From the NCBI GenBank assembly GCA_965285935.1, contig OZ260667.1:5952001-6016000 (forward strand): 64,000 nt of DNA, written 5' to 3'. Each line of letters begins with the position of its first letter. The first letter of the stretch is position 1. Below the pieces are notes generated by a model. That model saw nothing but the letters and a program-made list of their open reading frames with translations. It was not told the origin of the DNA and did not search any database. Made by a program: the position numbers and the translations under genes. This document shows positions 1-13,464 of the stretch, in pieces. The stretch is from Ophelia neglecta (Eukaryota).

Positions 1-662
1 TAATGTAGCCTTTCTTAGAATATTTACATCGTCATTACAATAACGAAGAATTTCTTCTTCAAATCAAAGATGGCACCTGGTTCTAAATTTTCATACCAAT
101 TAAAGAATTCTTCTCTTTCTTGAGAGCACCATATGCCTGGGGTCCGGGATAAGGACCTACATAATTTTGATTATCTATTGTATTCATTTTATGCCGAAAC
201 ATACTGTTCTTTACCTCGCCTTAGTTAAAAGTTTTAGGGAGATTTGCAAGTTTCATGGGTAAAAAATTTATACTGTCAATAATTTTAATGTTTAAGCTCG
301 GAATAAGTAAGTACATAATTTTTATGCCTGAAAAAACTGCCTTGGGCTTTAAGCCCTTATTTAAAATGTAGTTAAGAAGAAACACGCCATCATATATTTT
401 ACTACCGTGCGCCAATAAGGTAAAATTTTTATGGCTAGGATTAAAAAGCCATTCACCTAATTTTTCTAGTGTATCATCCCCTTTAAACACTACTTTCCTA
501 TGGCCACACTCGTAACAGGGTGATCTTTCATATTCATCTTTAGTCCTCTTCATGCATTTTATACATCTACTACCACAAAATGAACATTTAGAGTCATCAT
601 ATAACTCATTATCTTCACAGATATCGCATGAAGAGTGGGCTACTACTAAATTTTAAACGTGG
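1..662 (-). pseudogene. Decayed protein-primed DNA polymerase B (pPolB) fragment of a Maverick/Polinton-type element, exonuclease region; runs off the left edge
   Basis: ORF 221-553 has pPolB exonuclease motifs (LLAHGSKIYDGVFLL; IIDSINFLPMKLANLPKTF). Upstream reads HV*NLVVAHSSCDIC..CSFC..CIKC..CYEC. Downstream, after a stop and frameshifts, it reads NQNYVGPYP..Y, EREEFFNWYE and LRYCNDDVNILRKA. Stops and frameshifts indicate it is non-functional. Confidence 0.85.
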
Positions 663-1149
663 ACATTACGGCCACACATATCTCTAAGGCAATTCTGGCA
701 TTTTGAACATAATCAGTGGTATCATCTTATTATCATTGACAATGGCAATTTTAAAGAATTTAAACACTGATCATGAAAACTGAACTTTTATTACCCAGAA
801 ATTCTAGATCATTATCTCAAACAAGCAAATTTAATACAAGAAGCCTCCTCATGGTCTCATCCTTGACATTAGATTGACATTAGCCATATATGCTTGTATG
901 TGAGAAATCCGTCCGCTTGATGAAGTGGAATATGTTGTGCTGGTAACTGGGACCCAAAGCAAATATACCAATGAATGATCAATACTGATAATTTAATGTT
1001 CACCAATGGGTAACATCACTGATTGCTGACCTACTGCACTTCCCAAATTAACAAATCTTTAAAAAAAATCGTCAAAATATTACCAAAAATTCTTTGAACA
1101 CAGCTTATCTAACAAACACATTTTAAATACAGACGGTCTCATATTGTCT

Positions 1150-2490
1150 TCTCCTTGAAACGGTTGGCATTAGCCCAAGCCGTAGGGTCTACCTGAAAGT
1201 GCCTGCTTGAAGACGTGACAGGCATTGGTTTGGGTATCAGACACACAACGTCATCGTGTGGATACCACCGACTTTCCAGCACAGGAGTTCACCAGAAAAT
1301 CTCTTTGGGCCTATTCTTGTCATGCAGTTAACTTGAATACCATTTTCTTCAATGTCCAAGATAACACCCGCGTAAAGCTTTCCATCATATTTAATTAAGC
1401 AATATTTGTTTTTGTCCTCTTCTTTTATCCTTGCGGTACTGCCATCCATTGTGTTTGTCCCAAGATCTTCTGTTGCTTCTTATTGAGGTTTTTTCTGTCA
1501 CCGATTCTGAATTCTGTTCATCAAAGAATGAATAAAATTAATTATGCCACTTTTCTGGTAAGATATATGATAACCTGTTATATGAATAATTCTGGACCTA
1601 GGGAAAGTGACAAACTGGTAAAGTGCATGCTGTTTCCATTTATGGGACAAGTCAGCGTACATGGCTTCATTACAGATGTCCGATGACTAGGTACTGGTAA
1701 ATCATGGCCCATGTCTCGAACTAGGTTTTTAATAAAAAATAATTAAACACATTCCAGTGCATTATTTGGGCCTGATACTGTAGGATTTTCAGCAGACCCG
1801 ATTCATTCGCCAACGTGCGGGGTCACCCCTGTTACATTCTGTGCAAGAAAGTTTGATTAAATAAATGAATTACACTAGAACATTTGAAACAAACTGGCAG
1901 TTGGTCATGGTGCTTTTAAAAGTTGGTACATTTTATCTCTGCATTATCTTAATTGCTCCTACTGATCAATTGGAACTGATGCATTTCGTCATGATAAACT
2001 TAGCCTACCTGGAACAACTTTTGTGAAAAAGAAAACACCTTTGCCTGGTGGCAGTCACACGTATCTTCAGAAGAATTTCTGTTACAGACACAACTAACTG
2101 CACGATGCTTAATAGATGTCGGGCCTGCTATCGTGATTTGATGAATTCCCATTGTTCCTACAAAAAGAAGTTTCGTATTTAAAAGGCTACGTAATATTTG
2201 CACCACAGATAATTGGTCGTCTTGGTCAACCTGAATTCCTAGAAATTTGTTTTATTATGTCAGAATTTGAATTAAAAATTACAAGATAAGTATTCTTACA
2301 TAATTTTATCGAACCAATCACTACTTGGGACACAGGAACATCAAGGACATCTTTCTGCAGACGATCTGTACCAACAAAGAACAATTTCACTGTTGTGGGG
2401 TTTCAGCTTCTCATTCATTGTTTTGGCATCAGTAACATCTACACCCTGAGAAACTAGGCAGTCTGCTGCCCTTTTCAAAGCATTGACCCA
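1150..2490 (-). mobile_element. Decayed DNA-transposon transposase C-terminal part, Sola2-like
   Basis: Minus-strand pieces in order: ALKRAADCLVSQGVDVTDAKT..TVKLFFV (~2485-2380, the segment that follows HGKG.DG.GG in Sola2-type transposases); GTMGIHQI..IKHRAVSCVC..CDC (~2160-2050); YCLIKYDGKLYAGVILDIEENGIQVNCMTRIGPKRF/WYPHDDVVCLIPKP (~1400-1180). The family call is from recalled motif resemblance. Confidence 0.55.
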
Positions 2491-3199
2491 TTATGTTATA
2501 ATAGGCAATCCTGGATATCGGAACACTTATGTTTTTCATGTCACAGTGGCATTACATGAAATTGGCACTTTGAATCAGATCAGAGAGACTGTCTGCTGAT
2601 GATGTCCCATGTTTATTGGGTCTGTTGTATCTTCATCGTCTGACAGAAAAAAAAGGGGATAGAATAGGCAAGGCATATGGTTCATCTGACGAGGTTGGAT
2701 TCGTTGATGAAGGCAAATATGGATGATAGCACAAATATAATGCGTAGACAAGCTGAAATTATTTTCAAGTCAACTCTTTGCCTGTTTCAAAACCAAGGTT
2801 TTATCTTTAAACATGAGCTATAAAATTTACTAATTGTGATATTATACCTATAGTCTTAGTTATTTAACTGACTCTTTGTCAGTCGATGATCCAGTACCAA
2901 CCACATTGCCATTATATTACCTTCATAACAATAAGCCATATCTAAATTATAAGATATGTATGATAAAGAAAAAAAGGGCGGACATTAAGTCTGGAATAAT
3001 TAACTATTATAGGCCAGAAATGTAATAAACGTACAATGTAATAAAGAAATCAACAAAATCGTCATACACATATAATAAATGATTTTCACGTAGAGCGCCG
3101 TCTGGAGGTCTGGAATGCTGTGGGACAAGTAGCCTTGGCTTTTTGTTACGGGTAGGCCATATGTTTTCATCTCTCTGTATTGGTGCTACTTGTCCAACA

Positions 3200-3422
3200 G
3201 CATTTAGAGTGTAGAGTGCATTAATTTACAGTGTCACATCTTTCACAGTAAATTTTTTCCTGTTGCATAGTCTAACCCATTCTCTGCATTTTGCTTCATC
3301 AACAGAAGGTTTACAATTGGGATGAACTTTACTCCCACCATATCTGGTCTTGGTCTCTTCCCCTCTGGGCCATACCTGCTGTCACTGTTACATGTGCCAT
3401 GAGCACATCGCTTGTTGCCCAT
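3200..3422 (-). pseudogene. THAP zinc-finger domain remnant, transposon-associated, frameshifted
   Basis: Reads MGNKRCAHGTCNSDSRY...MVGVKFIP(frameshift)KPSVDEAKCREWVRLCNR, matching the THAP N-terminal C-x4-C, F.P.P and W..LC pattern. The C-terminal C..HF is missing. Confidence 0.65.
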
Positions 3423-6400
3423 TTCTGACGACTGTAAATAAATAAATCATATTATTTCGATACATTCAGAAGCGAGGTAAAGTGAAGTCATAGCCAATTA
3501 TTCTTGAAATGAACAATACTGAATTTTGCATTTGCGGACACCGCCGGTTGATTACTAGGCGCGACTTGATGGAAATATACCATAATATCGCCTGCGCTAC
3601 CTTCGAATGGCTACTATAAAATCCGAATGAAATCTCCGTTATTTAAGCCAAAACGGCTCTCAGGTTATGTCATGACTATGAGGTATTTGACCATATGATA
3701 TCAAGAATAGTTTAAATAATGATACCTGCTTGACTAAAAACTGTGTTTAATTCGGAACGATTTTAAGCCGCACCCGTATTGGATTCACGCTAGTCTGGTA
3801 TGGCCGAAGCAAATGTTTGCACCGGCCGAGTGTCGCGTAGCAACAACGAGCAGTGTGAACCGCGTACATGAAAAAGGCTTATTGAAAATGGCCTCGGTAT
3901 TTACTAGGCAGCCTACATATCTAGATGCTAATCGGAAAGGCGCAGTTAAGTCTAGAAACATTTCAAGATTGAACAGGTGCTTAATAAGTCACGTTTGGAT
4001 GGCCAGACGGTAAATTGATGTACCTGAGAAAAAAATGATAAAAGACAAACTCTAAACCCAGTCAACTATGAGCCGGATATGTAACCCCGTTGTAAAGAAA
4101 TAAATAAAAGTCAAAATCCTTACATCCCGAGAATATTGATGAGAACCAGCTCCCACCTTTTCTACTCTGAGGAGTAGCCAGTGGTTCTGATATACTGCAA
4201 GTAAATAGAGGCATTATCATATTCTGGCAGCGAACACATTTTGAAAGGTTTTGTATAGTATGTCTGTACTTTTCCTGTCTGGATACCCTAAATTCATATG
4301 GCAGTTGAAAAAAAACGAGGCAAGAAGTGAAGTGCGATAGCATTACCCATCTTTGTTTGTTGCATAAGAAAGTTAAGGAGCGAACTTAAATGCCATAGTT
4401 CACCTTTGCTGCATAGGTGTCAACAGTCTGGTTGGTTTTCTTTTCTTCTATTCTTGGCGTCTCCGTATAGCACAGTTAGTAGCAGATCTTGGTCCCATGA
4501 TAGATCTATAGTCGCTAATATCTCTGTATTTACCCATAAATGGCATGAATTGAATCTTCTCAGAGTTATATTAGAGACAAATCAATTCCAATGTTATCTA
4601 ATGTATTTGTGTTATTATCGGTTGTGCATAATTTTTTTTATAAACCAGTGACTATTGTTCTATTTCGTTGTAAATAGTAGGCTATTTCACAAATATTTTG
4701 TTTCAATATGTCTTTCATTTTCTTTAATAACCCGTTTCTGGACTACTATATTGATTATACTTATTATTGTCTTATCATGTCGCATCATATCGCTCCCTGT
4801 CTACTTGCCAGTTTCTTGGTGTTTCGGACTTAGCAGACAAATTGCACGTAATGTCAATTGAATATATGTATAGTAACTCCCTCATCTCATTTCATCATCT
4901 CATTTTTATCTCACGCATATTTGTAAATATTGTCTCAATGATTTATTTGGAAATTACCTTTGTTAAGCCCTTTGCTTTTGTAAAATCCAAATTATGTAAA
5001 TAAATATGTTTAAACCAAATCAATTCCAATGTCTTTAGCAACTTGAATATAGTATTTATTATCGTGTTCTTTCCAGATTTTTCTTTGGTGGTTCTGTGTC
5101 CTTGTTATCATTATTTGTGTTCTCATCTTTGTTATTGGTTGTTCTTCTTTGAACAGGAATTGGGTCTGATCCTGCATATCCTCTAGTATCTAAATCTACA
5201 GTTGAATATTGTTTTGGTTTTATATAGGGGAATTTAATTTTGCTGGTGGTTTGTGGTGACATGAATTAGAGGAGGTGCCTTTAGAAATCATGCCTTCACA
5301 AAAGGTTTTTTGGGTCCTCATGAAGTCCATGGATCCGCAAGTATCTAAAGTCTCTTTGGAAAGCCTTGTGGTTTCATTTTCTCATTCTCGTCTGTACCCA
5401 TGGACAGTCCTTATAAATTATAAGGTTAGGTATTTAAGTGATGGACCGTAAGCTCTAAGCTTATTTTTGGTTAACAATTCAGGTTGATAATGGAGATCTT
5501 GTCATGGTTCTTAACATTTCTATTGGTTGTTCATCACGATATTCATTTCACGTTTAAGAAATAAACTAAATATAGAGATATAGACCAGAGGTATGACAAG
5601 ATGTTCTTCTACGGCCTCGTCTCCAAGAGTTCTGCAAGAACACTATAAAATAACAACAATACAATGTTCAGCGGGTGCTTCCCTTAGTTTACCTTGGTGT
5701 GCTTAACTTTGAATGTTTTTAATAAATTAAACTTAGTTATGTTATAAACCAAACCCTTACAACAAACCAGTGTCATTATTATATAATGAAGTGTTGTACA
5801 CACAAATGATTTTGAATGATAAAAGTGCATACACTTAAGTGGTTGTTGGTAAATGCTTGGAATGATTATGAAAATCTAAACTATCAGCAGAAATGGAATC
5901 TAATTTTGATTTCTTTAAATTCTGATCAATCATTTCTTCTTTGTCGCCTACTTGTAATCTTATTTTCCCATCCAATAATCATTGTGTTCTAGTTGAGGAA
6001 GACATGTAAATATATAATAATGGTAATGAAAAATATTGATGTAAATATATATTAATGGTAACGAAAAATATTGATGTATGTTTGAATAAATTTTACTTAC
6101 TTAAAGTGGTCTGATCCTACATCCTACACTCTTGATTGTCCTTATGTTCTCTGCTCACAATCACGCACCCAGATGCTTGTGTATGAGTATATAGTGGGTG
6201 GGGCTTAGGTATTACCCTGTGCTTCACACTGGTTGAACCAATCTCATGAGTTGTAGTCGTTTCATGTCATAACAGTAGCCTAGATACCGTTTTTTAAAGT
6301 TAAAAGCTTCAAAACCTTATTCGACAAGGTCTGCCCACAGCAGATCCTTAATTTCTTAAAATCTATAGATCTCTACTACAAAATGTAGTAGACCTAAAAC

Positions 6401-7370
6401 GTGGAACCTTTAATCTTATTTGATGTGCAGCTTCTCAGGCTCTCTACCTTCCATTTTAGCTCCCCTATTGTGTCTCTTCTGTAACAGGGATGGGATCTTC
6501 CCAAAGAGCCACTGTTGCTCACGCACAGGTAGTGTGGTGACAGCTCGCAGCAATAAGCTTACTTTCGCTTGAACATAGTTTGATGTCCTGGTTCCCTGTA
6601 CTAATGAATTTCTTAAAATCTATAGATCTCAACTACAAAATGTAGGAGATCTAACATGAGGAAGTCAATTTTTTAGAATATGCGAAGGTGTATGGAACCT
6701 TCTTTTATCTATTTATTGAACCACTAACCTTTTATTTTCCTTTACTAACACTTTTTTTCTTCTGACCCATCCGACTTGAAGATTTTTTATAAAATAGAGC
6801 TCAATAACCGCTTACTTCTTGCCATCATCCCCATGTTAATAAAAATAGACAGTACAATAAATGATAAATAAACTATACCCAACTTTAGACACGAAATTGC
6901 CATTATGGTGCCTATGTGTTGTTAAGCCCCAAAAATCCAAATCCAAATCATACTCAGTGTGAATAATCGTTCAATTTCTGTTTTTGAATATCATTATACA
7001 ATCATAATTCATTAAAATTGCAGTTCATTCTGACATTTATTTTATTGTTTTCACTGATTTCTTGTTTGGTATCATAACGTACGAACTTATATTTATCACT
7101 TTATTTGTTAACTTTATAGTCCTAAAATATTGAAGTAACTTATTTCCCTAGGACATTGCATTAAACCTTGTCTGATGTGTATTTAGCTTAAATTCAGGTT
7201 CACTATCACATGTAATGTCATTTAAACTTTCTGGCATTACAGATCCGTTGTAGCCCCCTGGCAACTAAGAGGAGCCACATACGCCACGATGATTCATTGT
7301 TGCTGACTTCCAGCTTTGAGAATGTTGTGACAGTTAGTTGTGTCAACATTTCATTTCTCCTGAACTGAAT

Positions 7371-7644
7371 TTACTTACAATATACGTCTTATAGATGGGT
7401 TGCCGAATTTATCACTTTTCGTGAGTTTGCATTTGCCGCTTGCAGTAGAACGCTTACGTCACTGCATTGGACGTCATAACAGCAATCCAGCCAATTGGCG
7501 CCGGGCGGAGTGACATCCAAACGGAATCTCCCTAACAACAGTATCCGATGCAGTGACGTACGCGTTCTACTGCAAGCGGCAAATGCAAACTCATGAAAAG
7601 CGATAAATTCGGCGTCCCATCTATACGACGTATATTGTAAGTAA
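7371..7644. repeat. Long imperfect palindrome (~100-bp inverted arms, ~70-bp spacer); MITE/foldback or bidirectional promoter unit
   Basis: 7371-7471 (ttacttacaatatacgtc...cgtcactgcattgga) is the reverse complement of 7543-7644 with few mismatches. The spacer contains gccaattggc and gggcggag. Confidence 0.9.
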
Positions 7645-9834
7645 TAACATTTGAATGACAGTTAGTTTAATGAAGTTTTGTGTGCACAAAGGTAGCTTCC
7701 TACACACGTGGTGAAGGCCATTTAATTTCCAGATATTTTAATTTTGATGTATTGTAAAGTTTGCATTTAACCCAATTTACTGTCGTCTTTAGTTTCGTCA
7801 TAGGTTTTAAGCCAAAATCAAAGGTTAGCGAATTTTTCCACACGCCACCACCTTCTCCTTGAAAAGACATGGAAGTCCCTTTGTTCCAGAAAATCTTTTT
7901 TCCAGAGTTTTCTATATTCCTATCATTAAATCCTGAAAAATGTTAACATGTTTTAATATTGCTTAATTTATTTTTGCAGGGTCGGTAGGAACAACAATCT
8001 AGGTGAGATGCTGATTTACCTTATGATGAATTTTACCAGAATATTGCTGAGTCTTGGATACACCCTTTCAAGGTAAGTGTGTTATAAGACGAACAAAGAC
8101 TTTGAACCAAAGAATAATAGTGAATGATCGTTGACACGATTTAATTACCTCTTAGCTGTACGTACAGTATATTCTGTACAGCTAAATATTAGGTGATACT
8201 GTCATAAGTAACCGATATCATTTGATGTAGCTGCTTACTCAGTGCTGGGCTCAAATAAAATGACTAGTTATTTGCATAAATGGTAAAGAATTGTGTTATT
8301 ATCTCCAAATATGTCAATTAGCATTTAATTTTCTTTGAAACATATTTAGGTTGTTAGACTGAACCAGTAATAAATTTAAATTGGCTTTGATTTTGTTTGA
8401 ATGATTTTTTTCAGGCACATTACTAGCTTTGGTGTCTAAAAAAGGTATTTCTCTAACAGTAAAAATAATTACTGAAGGGTTACAACATTCATTTCATTTT
8501 CTTTGTAGGTCTACAATGCAGAGGAATGTACCTGAATTATGGCATTAGCTGGTATGTGCTAGAATCAAGGATACAATAACTGTTTGAAACTTAATAAGGG
8601 AATATTCAAGGGGTGCTGAAATATTCTGATCTGCATCTAGTAATAAGTCCTTGAAAAAATATTTTAACTATTTTCTAGTGCTGATGAAAATCAGTGACTG
8701 TTTTATTCCATTGTGCAAAGTCAAATTAGATTTAGAAATAATTGTATTATTTCTTCTACTTTCCAAAGCTAGTGGTAACATTATATTTCAGCACCTTTTG
8801 AGAATTCAATGCTAATCCCATTGTGTTTGTACACTAACTTAAGTCTAGAACTAACATGACAGGATGTCTCATAATACTTGTTATCGGACAACATATTTCT
8901 TATTATACTAATAACTTTAATAATTATGTTGGCTTTTGTATAACTGTGGTTTGTTTCGTAATAAATGATTACTGAATCAGTGTATTATGTCATTTATTTT
9001 TTGACAATTATTTCAATATTATGCCAATAAGAACAACATTCCTGGCTTAATAAAAATTATTGGCCTCACCAGACCATATAAAATATTTTTCTTGGGCCGG
9101 ATGTTTTCACTTTTTACACTTGACTAATGTCCAGTTAATTTCAAAGAAACCATGCCTCTCATAGATTAACATGGAGGGTAGTTTGAAAGTGTTAGAATTT
9201 AGGAGCCAAATTCATACAACTAACTAGCCTATAATCTTCCCAATTAACGTATTTTCTTCTATCTCACCAAATAAACTGTTATGAACAGTCTGTTATTTTT
9301 TCTTCTTGTCCGTCTGTTGTGTGTCTTCTTGTTCCGCTTACCTATGCTATTCTATGTTTACAATCCAACGCCTATGTTAGCTGTATATACAATATCGGCG
9401 GCAATAGTCTTAATAGAAACGACCCAACAGGATAAAAAGTAGTGTGCATCGATTTAAATTCCCAAGCTGCATAGTACGTTAAAAACACTGACGAAACCAG
9501 TATAAAGTAAACAATCATGACCAATTGAAAAATCAACAAAAAGGCAGGTGAACTACTATAGTAGTATATCAGCATATGTACTGTAGCTGCAAATTTAATT
9601 TAAGTACTGTATAGTAGTATCATAAGGTGCCAGAAAGCAATTAGTGTAGCAGTATATATACAGTATAAACAATTTAAGCCCAAATTGTATACTTCAGACA
9701 AATAATAATCCTTAATGAAGGTCAACATTATAAACTCACCTCTTAACATTAACACATAACGAATACCATAAGCTTATCTGATGCCCATGTAGAAATATAG
9801 CGTTATTCTTGCATGCAATAAAGATATCAATATG

Positions 9835-9864
<30 letters not shown>
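9835..9864. repeat. (TA)n microsatellite
   Basis: Perfect TA run. Confidence 0.95.
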
Positions 9865-9866
<2 letters not shown>

Positions 9867-10471
9867 TTCACAAAAAGCAAAGTACAGGAACAATAAAATG
9901 CACAATTATAATATAATGGCAAAGTTAAGAAGCCGCGTAAAAAATATGCTGTTTCCAGGAAAGGTATCGCAATTATTCCATGTTTTACAATGGCCAGTAT
10001 AAACAGCAGGACTTATCGGACTTCCCCCTGACCATATAGTCAAGTTCTGGTGCCCAAAGTGCAATGCAATTATTAATGCCCCCAGCATGAGTACTAAAGA
10101 ATAGCATGGATTAAAAAGTTATCAACATCAAAGGTAATAGTAAGGATAATACACCCCCTACATATATACTCGAGAAGAATATGTACAGACCAAAACACCC
10201 ATTGATATGTAATGAAGAATTGCAGGAATTAGCCCATGATAATTATGTGCCCATGACAGGAGAAATCCACCCATAAGGGCCGTCCCTTGAAAGCAACCAC
10301 CCCCCTGGAATCATTTCTGATGGCCTAATACCTAATAGTGGCCATCGCCTGATAGGGGCAATTTCATTATCTCCTGATGGGGGCCCAGGAGGGATCTTTT
10401 GATGCCTTGATAGGGGCCACCCTCTGAAAGAGGTTTTACCTAGATATATAGATCCCCAGGTCATTGATCCT

Positions 10472-10633
10472 AGGGATTTTCCAAGGCTAACAAGGCAAAT
10501 GTCTGGATCGTCCGCGTTACGAGCCCTCAGAAACCAGCTTGTGTGGGTCCAGAAATAGACCCTGATCCAAGCCCACTTTTTGGCAAAAGCAGCCCCCCCC
10601 CCAAAAAAAAAACCCTACCCCCTGAATCCGGGG
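10472..10633. mobile_element. MITE family A, degenerate copy
   Basis: Shares the core ccaaggctaacaaggcaaatgtctggat...gtgggtccagaaatag...ttttggcaaaag...ctgaatcc. Confidence 0.6.
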
Positions 10634-11787
10634 GTGATGCAGCTAGTGGGTCATGATGAGTTCTGACCGATTTAATCGACTACTTGCTTTGGTTCATTGA
10701 TCTCTTCATTTTCTCCAATTTATATAAGTGTATCCGGGTTAATAAGATGAAAAGCTCTTCACAATGCTAAGCTGAATCACCTCATTGATATGCGATAATT
10801 TCACTTTAGATTCATTTAATTAATTCGATTTGCAGTATAAACTCACAATAAAATCATCTCACTATATTAACCCACAACAAGAGCTAGCGATGAATCAAAC
10901 CTAGGTCAGAGGTTTGCCTCGAACAATGAATAATATGCTTAATTTCCATTGGATATTTACATAGCGATTTATATGTGAATCATAGGACTGGAAAGTTAAC
11001 CTTAAAACGGGTGCATTTGCGTACGCAGTAAAAGGCAGCATTAGCTTTGAGTGATCTATTCCGAACATCATAGGGCTCGGGGCTTGGAGCACCCGCTTCA
11101 TACTGAACACACAATGTGTGTTGATAGTGTGTTAGTCCAAACAGAATAAAAGCGAGACTGCTTCACTGTAAGGTATATTTGTGCACTATCAAAGCAATAT
11201 TATACCCTATTCCTCTATAGAAAACATGGACCTTTCACATCATTCTTTGGGCTTGTGTTTATTGACACAACATTCAGTGTATATTCCCACTTAACTGTTC
11301 TGAATGGGTTTAGCCCATCTTGGTCCCTCATAGGGTATATGTCATCTTTGTCCTGAATTTACAACTGATTTGGTTTTTTAATGCTCAGACGCACATAATA
11401 GAAAACTGTTGACAACTTCTAATTACAATTTGAAAACTTGTTATCACTTGCAATGATAAGTAAGAACAATTTCCTGGTGTTAGAGCACAAAACAAACGAG
11501 TGAGTGGTCAACGTGGAACAGGGAAGAAATATTTTCTTGGAAAGTCTACAGTGGTCTCTCGATCTCTTGAAATTTAGAGACCAAAGTTGGACTTGTCTCA
11601 GTAAATGGATCCCTGCCCTTAGTGCAGCGCGCTTAGTACCTGCCCCGCCGCCATTACGTGCACTGGGAGCTGCGTGCGACCCGGGGCCTTCTTCTTACTT
11701 AGGGATCTAGTGACGGATGTTTGTGAGTATTGTACGCTCTCTTTACCAACCTTTTTGATGAACACTTCTCTCTGATCAATGCTTAAC

Positions 11788-11958
11788 CAGTGGCGGATTC
11801 AGGATTTCAGAAAGGGGGGGGCGGTTTCAAGGCTGGCAAGGCCAATGTCTGGATTGTGCCCGTTACCAACCCTCTGAAACTTCCTTGCGTGGGTCGACAA
11901 ATACGCCCTAGTTCAGACCCCTTTTTTGGCAAAAGGGGGGGGGCTGAATCCGCCACTG
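11788..11958. mobile_element. MITE, family A (CAGTGGCGGATTCAG terminal inverted repeats, hAT-like ends)
   Basis: Perfect TIR cagtggcggattcag...ctgaatccgccactg. The internal sequence is shared with 18869-19070, 42745-42919 and 10472-10633. Confidence 0.8.
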
Positions 11959-13464
11959 CTTCACGGTGTAGTGCTATAACACGTGCAGAATGACTGCGAC
12001 ATGTCAAGCCAGTATAGGTTGAATACAATAGAAATTTTTACTGTTGGGCCCAAGTCATGTACGTAATTCAGTTCAATTTGAATGTCTTTTATTGCTTCCA
12101 AGTAACATAAAATTGGGTTAAAATATTGAATGACATTAAGAAAACCGGTGTCAGAAAAACATCCTGTGCATAAGGTAAAAAATGTGCGTCTAACAAGACA
12201 GTGTAACTAGTGTTAGCGGTTATAATGCGAATTGCTGGGTTTTTTTCTTCATTTTTTGGTTTTGGTATGTATATATGATTTGGTCACTTAGATGAATTCA
12301 CGTAAGGAGAATTCGTACGGCATTGTGGAATGATCAGGGCTTAGCAATGACGCAATCTAAGAGCGTAGTGGAACATTTTTTTCGCGACATAAATTGGTGA
12401 GGCACTGAAGACAAATGAAATGCCGGCTTCACATGGTGTTTAGTGTACATTCTATTGTTAATAGGTCCCTGTTTTGATTTTAAGACCTGCGTTCCACAGA
12501 AAGGATAAATTAGACAAAACACTTAGATCCTGTATTTTATGCTTCTGAGTTTAGCTGTCTTGTTTATAAATTGACATATGCGCCATGATGTAGCTTGCAC
12601 CAACAGCTTGCAGCAAACTTTAAGACGAAAAATAAGAATGGTGGTTCAAAGTTATCCATAAAAGCTCTAAATATTAGATAAATGCATCATTTCTTGCTAT
12701 GTCGGTGGATTCGGTGAGAAACCGTCTCCTTATAGAAGCAAAGTCAATAGTTTCAGCTTTTCTGACGTGTCCGTCCGCCACACGTGGGTTACAGCTCACG
12801 GGGTTAAATATCTACATAAAGTGGGCTGTAGAACTGTGTGAGAACCTCAGAGGCGTCTTGTTAGCTTGGTTAGCAGGGCCCCACGTTACGCGGACGGGCA
12901 GATCTGAACCAACTCAAAATCTCTACTGTCTCCGTGAAGACGCTGGTGTCAGGCGCTCCCATAAAGCCCATGTCATCTCTGCTAGGGGCAATGTCCAACT
13001 CTGTGAGGACGGGGAAGTCAGTTGAGAAAGAACCGTAGTTATTGGATAGTTCCTTCATTTACATAAATCCAATTTGCTGCGGAAAAAGGATCCAAATATC
13101 AGTTTCCTGAACGCTGATAGGATAAAAATTGGAAACAGCGCTGATAGGAGCAAATTGAAAACAATGTGGGAAAGCCAGATCACTGCGGCCACAATATAAG
13201 AGGAACGCTGCTATAAATCTCTTATCTATTGCAAAGCTCGATTTAAAGTTGCAGTAGTTGCACTCCTTGCGGCTGCAGGTGTCAAAACTTATTTTTACAT
13301 TATGAACTCTGACGGAAACCGACAGCAGAACAGGGTTTAAATGGTTGTGGATATGAAAATGTTAGGTCCGTTTACCGGGTGTTCTCTAAAATAAGAAAGC
13401 ACTTTTAGTGTTACGAAGTAAAACTTGCTCATTTTATGTCTTGGTTGTCCGCGGGCCACCCTTT

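Noticed and set aside
5280-5520. GLSMG / SPLS / FRYL fragments suggesting a Penelope reverse transcriptase or HUH Rep
   Set aside because: The motifs are in different frames and the wrong order, with no YxDD or helicase motif.
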